Of a stretch of 64,000 bases of DNA, positions 20,604-32,000 are shown in pieces (the first letter of the stretch is position 1; each line of letters begins with the position of its first letter). A program made the position numbers and the translations under genes. Origin of the DNA: a virus. The notes under the pieces were generated by a model that ran no database searches, was not told the DNA's origin, and saw nothing but the letters and a program-made list of their open reading frames with translations. The stretch is from the IMG/VR virus record IMGVR_UViG_3300033153_013649, positions 1 through 64,000 of that record. One strand, 5' to 3'.

Positions 20604-23600
20604 ATGTCTTCTAATGACTTTCAAGGATATAATTATACAAATCTGGATTATGATACTCTTTATGACACAATTGTAGATTTCTTTAAAAATGACGAATCTA
20701 GTCCTTTTAGAACAGAAAACGGATTCGATTTCGAAGGTTCAAATATCCGCGAACTTATGAGAATTCTTACATACGTAACTCATCTTAGTGTATTTCATTG
20801 TTCGATTGCTTTAAATGAAATGTATTTTTCAACTGCTAGACTAAGAAAGAATTTAATTAAACAAGTAAAAGCATACGGATATGTACCAAAAAGAAAAAGA
20901 TCATCTAGAAAATATTTAACCATTTATAATAATTCAGATACAATTGTTTCTATACCTTCTTTTGAAGAATTTAAAGCCGAAACTTCTACCAAAGGAACAA
21001 AGAAATTTTATACATTAGATTCTTATGATATTCCTCCAAAAAGTTCAACTACAATTTTAACATATCAAAGTAATAATGGGCCTCAAGTTCAAAATTTTAC
21101 TCTTGAATTCGATAAAGGAAAAGTAGTTCCTATTGAAATAGAATTAGATAATCTTTCAGATGATTACTTCAAAGTAGAAACAAAAGAAGGAGGAGTAATC
21201 ATTCCCTGGACTGAATATCAAAATTTAGATTCTCTTCAAAATCAACAAACTGTTTTAGAACAAAGTCTTCTTTCTGAAAATAAAATATTTTTCTTAGATG
21301 AATCAGAAAAAGGATATACCTTATCATTTTCAGAAACAGGTATAGGAGATATTCCAGCCCCCGATGATGAACAAATAATTACTGTTAGATATATGACAAC
21401 AGATGGAACAGAATCAAATGGAATTTCTACTGATGAATTTGATTTTTCAGATCCATCAAAATATTTTGATGTAAATGGACAAAGTAAATTAAGAATTCTT
21501 TCTAATACAGAAATCACCGATGCTGCTTCAATTGATTCAATGAAGCTCTCTTCACAAGGAGCTAATAAAGAATCTATTAGTGAGATTCGTGAAAATGTAA
21601 TAGCTCAATATAATTCTCAAAATAGAGCAATTACAGATTATGATTATACAAAACTTGCTAAAACTAGTCCTCTTATTGGAGCAACAGGAGATGTAAAAGC
21701 TTATGGTGGGGAAAAACATTCAGGAGGAATAAGACTTGGAAAAGTATTTGTCCTTGGAAAACCAGGAATAGAAGGAAAATACTATTTAACTGCAAGCGAA
21801 AAAGAAGAATTTCTAAATTATATTTCTAAATATAAAATTACTGGAATCGACCCTGTTATCCAACATCCTCATTATATAAATGTAATTGCGAAATACAATT
21901 ATATTTTTAAACATTTTGTAAATGGTCAAGAAGAGATTTCAGCAGAATTAAATAATTTGATTCTTGATTTCTTTAAATCTTCCTTTGGAAAAGTTATTTA
22001 CATCCCAGAACTTATTGAACTCTTAAATAAAAATGAAAATATTGAATCAGCTTTTATAAAAACAGATTTCAAAATTATTTTCGATAAATTAGAACAAGTA
22101 ATTGGCACATTTAAGAAAATTCCAATGGAATATGGGAAAGCAAGTGGATTCCTAAATAGTGACGGAAGTTTCTGGACTGGAAATGTATTTGGTGAAGCTG
22201 GAGATTATACTTCAGAACCTTCAGGTGGATATAATTATGGAACTGTTGAATTTATTAATACTTCAGAAGATTATATTATTGTAAAAATTGCAAACGGGAC
22301 AATCGATAATACAACCTTTGAAGAATTTGAAAAAGGAGACTCTTATTTAACAACAAGAAAAAGTATTGTAGATCTTATTTATCAAGAGCTCCCAAATGAA
22401 AGAGAAGTATATGTAACAGATACTCAAGGTTTCGAAAGAGGAAGAAATGTATCGTCTTTTGATGGAAATAATTTAATACAAGGGAGGACTGAATTCGTAC
22501 GAAGAACCTCTCAAGGAATAAAATATGTTTGGCTAACTCTTGACTCCCTTGTATATCAAAAACTTATTTTATCTCCTGGAGATAATTCTATTACAGGAAC
22601 AAATACTTTTTTAAAAGTAGGGGATTGGATTAGAACCCCTGGAACGACTGGCCAAATTACAAAGATGGATATCCAGTCTTTTAAGATTTTTGTTGAATAT
22701 AGAGGAAACAAATTTGTTGAAGATGATCCTATAGCTTGGATTCAATCTTCTGTAATTTCTTGGACTGATGCTGCAAATTATATAGCTTTAAGAAATGTTG
22801 GAAAAATTAAGACCGTAGAAACCGAATCTTATTTAATCAAAACTTCTAAAGTTTCTGGAGGAGCTGGAGGGGATCAAAACTTCTTTATAAACAAAAATAT
22901 TGAACCTCAAAACGAATGGCAATTCAATGATATTAATACAAGTTATGATTATTCAGATTTTGCTAATGATATTGCCTTTATAAATGGAGTAAATGGATAT
23001 ACAGAAATAGATGTAGTTTATGAAACAAATACTGGTTCTCCGGGAGCTTTAGAAGTAGCAGATATTGTAGAATTTGAAATAGATAATCCTATAAGTGATT
23101 CGAATAAAATTAAAGCTTATGTAATGGCAGTGGACGCAACAACAATAACCTTTAGATATAATCATCTCGATTCGGTTAATTATTTAACCCCTTATGTTTT
23201 AGAAGTAGATGATAAATTCTCAGAAGATACCTATGATTCAGGGAATTGTTGGAAAATAACTGCTATTTCAGATATAAGAAAAATGAATCAAATTAGAGTA
23301 ACAGATTCAGTATACGGAATTCAAATCGGAGACGATGTTTGTGCTAAAAATGATAAGACTTCTATTCCTGACGGAAAATCTCAATATATGACAGCAGAAG
23401 TAATCGATATTTCTGGATTAAATATTAGATTAGATTCTTCTGCAATTATGACAGACTGGAGAGATTATGATGTTCCTTCTAATAAAGGGGTAAAACAAAT
23501 TCATAAAGGAACTTATTGGGAAGATATTAATGTTACAACTGTAACTTACCAATCAAAAAGATATAGTAATATAGCTATTGAGGGGCTAAGATTAAACAAT

Positions 23601-26045
23601 GTAATTAATCTTAACGAAGGGGATATTCTTAAAACTGAAAATGGTTCTGGAAAAATTAAAACCGGTGGAATTTCTACAAGTAATAAAGAAGTAGTTTTAA
23701 CTTTAGATAATCCTATTAATGTTGAAAATAGAATTGATCATCAAGATGATTTTACTCTTTGTGATAACGATGGAACAAATATTAATTTTGAATTTACCAA
23801 AGATGAAGGAAGTACAAGCTCGAGTGGAACAAATGAAATATCTATCTCATCTAATGATAGCGCTCAAGTAGTTGCTTTGGCAATAAAAGATGCAATAAAT
23901 CTAGCAATGAATGGAAGTAATCCTGCATTTACAGCTGCAATAAACGGATCGTATGATTATCAAGTAGATGTAACTAGAATAACTGTTGGAAATTCAAATT
24001 TATCTAATGATTCAAATATCACTGATAATGGAAGTGGATATCCAGATCAATTTGATGTTCCGAATTGGACAGATAACGGAGCAAGTTCATCTGCAACATT
24101 AACTATTACTGCTTGTGCTGCTGATGATATTATGGAACCTGGACGATTCATAACTTCTTCTGCGGGAGGATCAGGTATAGTTATTCTCGGAGGTTCAACT
24201 GATACAGAAATAACAGTTAGATATGATGGAACAGATTTTGCTTCTACTGAAACAGTAGTATTAGGAAATTATTATTTTGGAACTGGATATTCAACTATTA
24301 CCGCAACGGAATTTTTAGGAATTGAAGTATTTCTAGAAGATATAGTAGGTACCTTTGCAAAAGGAACAAAAAATATTCATAAAGTTTCTGCAGCAACGGA
24401 TGATTATTCTCCTGTATATAAATTAAGTGAATATGAAAACGTTTCAGATTTCGAAACTAATTATATAATCGAAGAAACAGGAAACGAAGAAAATTTACCT
24501 TTATTTATAAATAAACTTAATTTCGAAGCGGCAGGAAATCTAGACGCTAATCCTCAAATTGATACTATAGCAAATCTTGGATATAAAGTAGTATTTAATA
24601 CAACTCAAAATTTAGATTCAGATAATATTAGTTTGAAAGTAACTTACGAAGATAATTCTTCAACAGAAACAGAATATACTTTTATAACTGATCAAAATGA
24701 AAATCTCGAACAAAAATTAATATTAAGTAATCATCTCTATAGAGCATACGATGAACCGGGAAAGGTTCAAATCGGAGATGTAGTTGCTCAATTAAAGGCC
24801 GATGGAACTAGTACTCAAACCGGAATAGTTTCAAAAGTTGAAATAGATCCAGATACAAATATAATGTCTGTATACGTTAGATTTGCAAAGGGAACATTTA
24901 GAACTCAAGACCCTAATACTGTTTCTTTTCTGAAAGTATTACCTCAAGACGGTTCTGTTTATTCTGATGCAGCTTATGATTTTATAACAAAATTAGCTGT
25001 TCCAGACGCATCTGATTTTGCAGTTGGAAGTACAAATAATATTTCAGCTAAAAATGGAGCAACTGGTTCAGTATTTTATATTGATTCTAGTCCTACCGGA
25101 TCAAGTACAGATCGAGATTATATATACGTAACTTATACGGGAACTCATTTTACAATAGACACAACTAATAATAACAACCGAATTGATAATCAAGGATCGT
25201 ACGCATCAGCTTCTTATGATACAACAATTGAAGAAATATACGGAGATACTTCTGCAGATGGAGGAAATGAAAAATATTGGAATGCCAGGGCAGAGATAAG
25301 AAAGATTGAATATACCTCTTCTCCAACTGATTTGAATTATTATATAGCTGAATATGAAAGAGTTAATTTATATCTCCAAAGAGGGGACGCTTCAAGTTAT
25401 TCTGTAGGAGATACAATTTCTCAAGGGGTTGGTTCTGATCCAGATATGACAGGAACAGTTATTTATGTAAAAAAATATGATATTGATTCTAGTCAAGAAG
25501 AATTATTTGATTATGTAACAGTAAGATATGATTTAAATACTTCAAGTATGTGGACAACAGGATCTTTAGATACAGGAGGAACAGTAATTCACGTTGGAAT
25601 TGAAAGACCAGAATATATTGCTCGAGTAAATCTTGTATCAGGAGACGTTGAAATAAGAAGAACTAAATTTACTGAAAATACTCGAAGAGCATATATTGCT
25701 TCAATAGGTTCTGATTATATAGAAATTAATACTACAGATGGATCAGATCCAATTACTTCTTTTAAAACTCCAGGAAGTATAGAAGAACCATTATATATTT
25801 GGAATAATTCAGCTTATCAATGGGAAAAATGGGAATATTCAACATTAAACACGGGTCAAAACAGATTTGAAAATAGTATAACAACAATTCCTTCGGGCGT
25901 AACTGCTGGAATGGAAGTATTTCAAGATACAGATCATTATATAAATAGAATTGAATTTGATTTTAAAAATAAAATTGATAGATTAAAACTCGGAAATAGA
26001 TCATTGTTTTATAGTAATTTAGATTTAATAAAGGAACTTAATTAA
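20604..26045 (+). CDS. gp6: baseplate wedge protein with very large C-terminal extension (1813 aa)
   Basis: LDYD, FDFEGS, NE.Y.STA.LR, GYVP, Y.TTDG..SNG, QNRAIT..DY and GGE motifs within the first ~490 aa. Confidence 0.9.
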   Translation: MSSNDFQGYNYTNLDYDTLYDTIVDFFKNDESSPFRTENGFDFEGSNIRELMRILTYVTHLSVFHCSIALNEMYFSTARLRKNLIKQVKAYGYVPKRKRSSRKYLTIYNNSDTIVSIPSFEEFKAETSTKGTKKFYTLDSYDIPPKSSTTILTYQSNNGPQVQNFTLEFDKGKVVPIEIELDNLSDDYFKVETKEGGVIIPWTEYQNLDSLQNQQTVLEQSLLSENKIFFLDESEKGYTLSFSETGIGDIPAPDDEQIITVRYMTTDGTESNGISTDEFDFSDPSKYFDVNGQSKLRILSNTEITDAASIDSMKLSSQGANKESISEIRENVIAQYNSQNRAITDYDYTKLAKTSPLIGATGDVKAYGGEKHSGGIRLGKVFVLGKPGIEGKYYLTASEKEEFLNYISKYKITGIDPVIQHPHYINVIAKYNYIFKHFVNGQEEISAELNNLILDFFKSSFGKVIYIPELIELLNKNENIESAFIKTDFKIIFDKLEQVIGTFKKIPMEYGKASGFLNSDGSFWTGNVFGEAGDYTSEPSGGYNYGTVEFINTSEDYIIVKIANGTIDNTTFEEFEKGDSYLTTRKSIVDLIYQELPNEREVYVTDTQGFERGRNVSSFDGNNLIQGRTEFVRRTSQGIKYVWLTLDSLVYQKLILSPGDNSITGTNTFLKVGDWIRTPGTTGQITKMDIQSFKIFVEYRGNKFVEDDPIAWIQSSVISWTDAANYIALRNVGKIKTVETESYLIKTSKVSGGAGGDQNFFINKNIEPQNEWQFNDINTSYDYSDFANDIAFINGVNGYTEIDVVYETNTGSPGALEVADIVEFEIDNPISDSNKIKAYVMAVDATTITFRYNHLDSVNYLTPYVLEVDDKFSEDTYDSGNCWKITAISDIRKMNQIRVTDSVYGIQIGDDVCAKNDKTSIPDGKSQYMTAEVIDISGLNIRLDSSAIMTDWRDYDVPSNKGVKQIHKGTYWEDINVTTVTYQSKRYSNIAIEGLRLNNVINLNEGDILKTENGSGKIKTGGISTSNKEVVLTLDNPINVENRIDHQDDFTLCDNDGTNINFEFTKDEGSTSSSGTNEISISSNDSAQVVALAIKDAINLAMNGSNPAFTAAINGSYDYQVDVTRITVGNSNLSNDSNITDNGSGYPDQFDVPNWTDNGASSSATLTITACAADDIMEPGRFITSSAGGSGIVILGGSTDTEITVRYDGTDFASTETVVLGNYYFGTGYSTITATEFLGIEVFLEDIVGTFAKGTKNIHKVSAATDDYSPVYKLSEYENVSDFETNYIIEETGNEENLPLFINKLNFEAAGNLDANPQIDTIANLGYKVVFNTTQNLDSDNISLKVTYEDNSSTETEYTFITDQNENLEQKLILSNHLYRAYDEPGKVQIGDVVAQLKADGTSTQTGIVSKVEIDPDTNIMSVYVRFAKGTFRTQDPNTVSFLKVLPQDGSVYSDAAYDFITKLAVPDASDFAVGSTNNISAKNGATGSVFYIDSSPTGSSTDRDYIYVTYTGTHFTIDTTNNNNRIDNQGSYASASYDTTIEEIYGDTSADGGNEKYWNARAEIRKIEYTSSPTDLNYYIAEYERVNLYLQRGDASSYSVGDTISQGVGSDPDMTGTVIYVKKYDIDSSQEELFDYVTVRYDLNTSSMWTTGSLDTGGTVIHVGIERPEYIARVNLVSGDVEIRRTKFTENTRRAYIASIGSDYIEINTTDGSDPITSFKTPGSIEEPLYIWNNSAYQWEKWEYSTLNTGQNRFENSITTIPSGVTAGMEVFQDTDHYINRIEFDFKNKIDRLKLGNRSLFYSNLDLIKELN

Positions 26046-29000
26046 TGCCTATTAATAATCTAAATGAGCCCCCGGTAGAAGGAATCGATCCTGTATTTAA
26101 TCAAAACTCGAAGATCCCTGTTGCTGGAGAAGAAATTATTTCTTCTTATACTTTAGTAACTACTCCATCTGAAAATCAAAAATTTACTATTCCGAATTCG
26201 ATTCCATTTAGTGTAAATGTTTTAAACGTTGAAAAATGGCTAAATAGATGGGTTCGTTATATAAATTGGTATATTTTAGATTCGAATGATGATATTATAT
26301 ATAGCGCTCGTTCCGAAGATTATATGATTCTGAATACAAATATATCAGGAAACAGAAATCCTGGAACTGGCTCTTTACCAAATGCTACTTTTTTAATTGA
26401 TACATTACTTCTTCCGGATGGAACAACACTAACAAGTGATTCAACTTATAGATTACATTTATCAGCAACAACTTTTAAATTTTCTTCGGATGAATTTCCT
26501 CCAGAAAACGAAAGTATTACTGGAATTCCTTTACCTCAAGAAAGAACTGCTAATAGATCAGATCCGATTGAAGATATAACAATAGTATTCCCTTGGAATT
26601 ATCAAAATATTCCTTTTAGTATTAATAATCCATCTCCTCCTTCTTCGGTCACTGATCCGCCAGAGATTCAATCTGTTACAATACAAGACATTCAAACTGA
26701 TTCTATTACAGTAAGAGTTACATGTAATATCAAAGGTTTATTAGATTATGAAATAAACGAAACCGGTACTTTTGAAGGAGATATTGTAAACGAAGGCATA
26801 GATATAGACAAAAGAATCCCTCAAACTGTTCATGATGTAATATTTGATAATTTAGATCCGAATACCCTTTATTATTTTAGATTTCAATTAGTTAGTGAAG
26901 AAGGAGATGAATACGGAGCATGGTCAACTACATATAACGAAACAACTTTAGCTCCAACTGTTGTTGTTCAATCAAGAGGGACTATTTCTAAAAAAGGTGT
27001 TCACCGAGGAACTATTTCTTGGACTACAGATAAAATTGCTTCTGGATATATTGAATATCAAAAAGCTTCTACATATCTTCAATCAGGATGGACTGGAGCA
27101 GAAATAGCTCAAGATACAAATAGATCTATCTCTAAATCAATAACCTTAACTGGATTATTAGCAGGCACCTATTATTATATTCGTCAAAAATCAAAAGGAT
27201 TCGATGGATCTCCATGGTCTAGTTGGTATACAACTGGTTTCTGGACTTATGACACAGATATTGATATTATAACAAAACCAGATATAAATGGAAGTAGTAT
27301 TGATTTTTCAAGTGGATATTCTTTTGAAGTTCAAGGGGTTAGAGAACTTCATCTTCCTTCTAATGTTATAAAAATTAATTGGAAAATTAAATTTGATTCT
27401 AGAACATCAGAAGAAAACGGAGAAAGACCTCCAGCAGACGAAATTAAAAATCTTGATCCGATAATTATAAAAAGTACAATAGTTCCTCAAGAAGGGGATG
27501 ACCCAAATTCAAAAGATAAAAACGGAGAAGAAGAAGATATTTTTGTCTCTCCTAAATTTGACGATTCTTGGATTGAAACGGAATCAGATATAGAAGGTAG
27601 TTATTTCCTTGAAGTTGAAGGAATACTAGCTAATGGATCAAGTAGATCTCTTGGAATTAGAAGTTTTATTCCTAAAGTTTCTTTAGGTCCTCCTCCAAAT
27701 GTAGCATTTACAACTCCAACTATATCAGAAGTATTATCGATTACTCCAACGTTTGTTCTTTCTAATTGGAATACAGTAACAAATCTTGATCGAGTAAGAT
27801 TTAGAATAGAACTTAATGGAGAATATGTTTATGATTATACAGATACAGATGTAGCAGATGGAAGTTTTGATTTTGATACTATTACAAATAAACCCTTATT
27901 AAAAGGAAAAACATATACAGTTTGGGCAAAATACGGTAATAAAAACAACGATGGTACTTTTAATGCTTGGAGTCAAACTTGGAGGGGAGTTGCTTTTAAA
28001 ACCCCAGGGGTTACTCCAGAAAAACCGTCGTTATTAGAACCAACTATCTCAGATCGTCCAGATCCAAGAAAAGAAATAAAATTGAAATTTTCACCGTATA
28101 CTGGATCTGATGGGTTATCTTATGCCGAAATTAGAATAAGTAAAGTTCCTGATTCTGAAACTCCTACTTTTGATGATCTTACTTATTATTATTCATCTGA
28201 TAATATTCATTATTTAAATTCCGATGGAAATGAAATAGTAAGAGTTCCAGAAGGAGTTGATGTTGAACCTCGAGAAGGAGAAAAATTAGCAATAGAAGAA
28301 GCAACTACATATTATATAATATGTACTTATTATGGAAACAACGGGAAATCTATAACGTCTGATGAATTTTATTTTACAACTGATACTGTTTTTACTCCAC
28401 CCCCTCCACCAACGGATTTAAGTCCAAGTATTCAAGTTGAAGTATTAGATGAAAATCATAACATTTTAATTACCCCTGTTGATTTTCCAGATTTATCTCC
28501 TTATATAGGAACAGATCCAGAAATATTTCCATTAGAAGGGGAAACTTATAAAGATTATGTATATGCAGTAGAATATAGAATCACTCCGGGTACAGCAAAT
28601 AATCCAGATGGAGTTAAACAATATTTAACCCCTAATAGCAATTATATATTTGAACATAAAGATCCTCTTTTAATTTCAGGTACTTTGATTGGATTATCTT
28701 CTTCTACAACTTATAAAGTTTGGGTAAGATATTTCAGAACTAATCCAAATCTTGCAGAAGAAGGAGAAGAAAGTGCCGTATCGGATTGGATGTTTGAATC
28801 ATTTACAACCCTGGCTGTAACTTGGAATTCCCAGCCGATTAATATAATTCCAATTAATAATGCTGCTGATCTTAATGGAAATAGCGTAAATTTACAAGTT
28901 TCAGTACCTAGATTGCCTTTTAGGGAGCTCGAAAAAATAACTAATATGGAATGGAGAATTAATACTGATGCGGATTTTCAAGGAACAGAAATAGCTGATA

Positions 29001-32000
29001 TTTCAATCTTAGGAACTCAAAAAGGTAGTATTTATTCTCTAACAGTAGATCCTAGTAATTGGACTACAAATTTCTCCCCTGACACAGAATATTATTGGCA
29101 AGTAAGATCTTATTATTCTGGATCATGGAGTAATTGGAGTAATGTTACAAGCTTTAGAACTTCAAATACAGCAAATCCTGGAAAACCAAGTATAATCGAT
29201 TCAGATAGTTGGATTAATGGATCTACGAATAAAGCAGAAATTTGGGTCCAAACTAGTGACTTCATTGAACCCCCTTGTAAACCCGGAGATTCTCATACTA
29301 AAACTATATATCGAATTCGTGTTTATCCGGGTGGACCAGATTTAGTAAAAGAAGAAGGAACTTCGGGTCAAGATCTTATAGAATTAACTCTCGGAACAAA
29401 CGGAGAATTAATAGGAAATAAATCTTATTACGTAAGTGTTGAACACGTTGGAAGTCTTTCTGGAACAATGTCTGATTGGGTTATAATTAAAACTCCAGGA
29501 GGAGCTCCTATAACTCCAAGAATTATAAAACCAGCAAGGGGTTCTATAAGACAAGAATTCAAAATTAATTCTCTTATTTTAGGTGGTACAAAGTATATTG
29601 GAACAACAGAAGATATGACTGAATCAGATTGGCAAATTGCATCTGATTCATCTTTTACAAATATTATATGGGAAAAATTAGGATATACTGAAGCTGATCC
29701 ATATAAACCTCAAATTACAGTTGATCAAGAACTTGACCCAGGTACCGTATATTATGTAAGAGTAAAATATAGAAACGACGTAGCTGAATCTGATTGGTCG
29801 TCGACCGTAAGAGATTCTTATTTTACAACAAAAGGAAATAAACCGGATACTCCTTCTATAACAGATCCTTCTGAAAATTCTACAGAAAAGGGATGGCTAC
29901 CCGGAAATGGAGATAATACATTACAAGTTGTTGGGAGTCTTTATTCCGGAGAGGGAAGTTTATATGGATATCACGTACAAATTTCTACAAACTCTTCTTT
30001 TACCGGTATAGTATATGACTCAATGTCTATTGGAATAAATCCTACAGAACCATTAACATTTGGATTACGTGAAACTGATTATGAGCTTTTTCCTTATTAT
30101 AAAACAATTTGGAGCAATAATTTATTAGAAACAAATTATGAGCTTGATCAAGATACTTGGTATTACATAAGATTAAAATATTACAATGATGAAGAATGCT
30201 GGTCGGATTGGTCTTTAAGTTCTCATAAATTTAAAACTGGATACGGAGTTCCAAAACAACCAACTATTACTTCTCCGTCAAACGGACAGAGATCTGTTTC
30301 TTTAACCCCAACTTTTACAAGTTCAACTTATAACGGAGCAGCAGCAAGTAGTCATACTGCTTCAAGCTGGTATTTATATAAAATGCCTAATATGCAATTA
30401 GTATGGTCTTCTGTGGGAGATTCTTCTAATAAAACTTCTATTACCCCAGGAACTCATGGAACATGGGAAGTAGGATCTGATGAAGAAAGTTTAGGAAAAT
30501 TATATCAAGCTAGATCATATATTCTTCGTGTTAAATATTCAAACGAAAAAGGATATTCAGATCTTTCTCCTAAAACGGCTTTTGTAGCAATTCCTCAAAA
30601 ACCTCTAAGACCGAATATCTTACCTTCAGATAACCAATCTTTTCATACGAGTATTTGGATGTCTGAAGATAATCATAATATTAATACTGCTTCGTTCAAT
30701 TCTTCCCCGTGGCCAAGCGGTTCAGGTTCAGATATTTATGGAGATCATTTAAAATCTCAATGGGAAATATATGCAGGGGGTGCTACTGATTTAACAGATC
30801 CAGGTGAAGATGAAAATCCTATCTCTAGAATATCTTCTGATCATGATGTTAATGCTTTTTTAAAAACTTGGAATGTTGGAGCAGCGGGATTACTTACTTA
30901 TCATAAAAAATATCGTATAAGGGTTCGTTATTATAATGATTGGGGATGGTCAAGCTGGTCTAAATTATTTGAATTCAGAACATTACCGGATGTTCCAAAT
31001 AAGCCTTCTATATTAGCTCCAACTAATTTATTAACTCAAACAATTGAATCATCTGATGATATTATTAGAGAAGACTGGGAAGATCCATTAACATTAATGT
31101 CAACACCTTTTGATCCAAAAGAAACTGGTACAGAAGAATCTGAACCTAACGGAGAAGAAGAGGTATATGGAACTCCTCCTGGGCCTCCTAGAAATCATAT
31201 TAAAACTCAATGGCAAATTTCTTCTGATGAAGATTTTACAAAAATAACTTATGACGTTGTACAAAATACAAATCCTGGAAATCCTTCGATTGGAATTACT
31301 TACGATCAATTTCCGGTAAAATCGATTGTTGTACCAGGATCATCGGGAAACAGAAGAATATGGGTAGAAGACGAAATAGATGAAAACGAAGAAAAGGCTA
31401 AAGAAGAATTACCAGAAAATGAAAATATTTTAGAAGATGGAGATAAAACAAGAGGACATTATGAAACTATAGATCTTCCTGCTAAAAATCCTTATCTTCC
31501 AAGTAATAAGGTTTTAAGACTTAGAGTAAGACATAAAAATATAGCTGGATGGTCTGATTGGTCAGATACTTCTTATTTTGTTACTATGATTGATTATCCA
31601 GAAACCCCTTTTATCTTACGTCCGACTCCAAATGGCGGAAATAAAATGAAAAGGGAAAACGAAGTATATAAAATGTCTATTTATGAAGGAGAAATTCCAA
31701 TATTTTCTGATGATATTATAGAAAATATAGAGGATCTTGGAGTATTAATTCATAAAGAAGAAGATGATTTATCTCCAAAAGAAGATAGACCTTTTAAGAG
31801 AAGAAAAAAAACTCATATTGAATCTGATTGGGAGATCTGGTCGTTACTTGTAAATCCAACTCTTCCAGAAGCAGAATGGAATTGGGAATTAGTATGGAGA
31901 ATAGCTAAAACTAAATCAATAGTTTTAGATTCTGGTAGTACTTACACTAATGTTTTAGATTCAGACCTCGAAAAAGAGGTCCAAATAAATAATGAAATCG

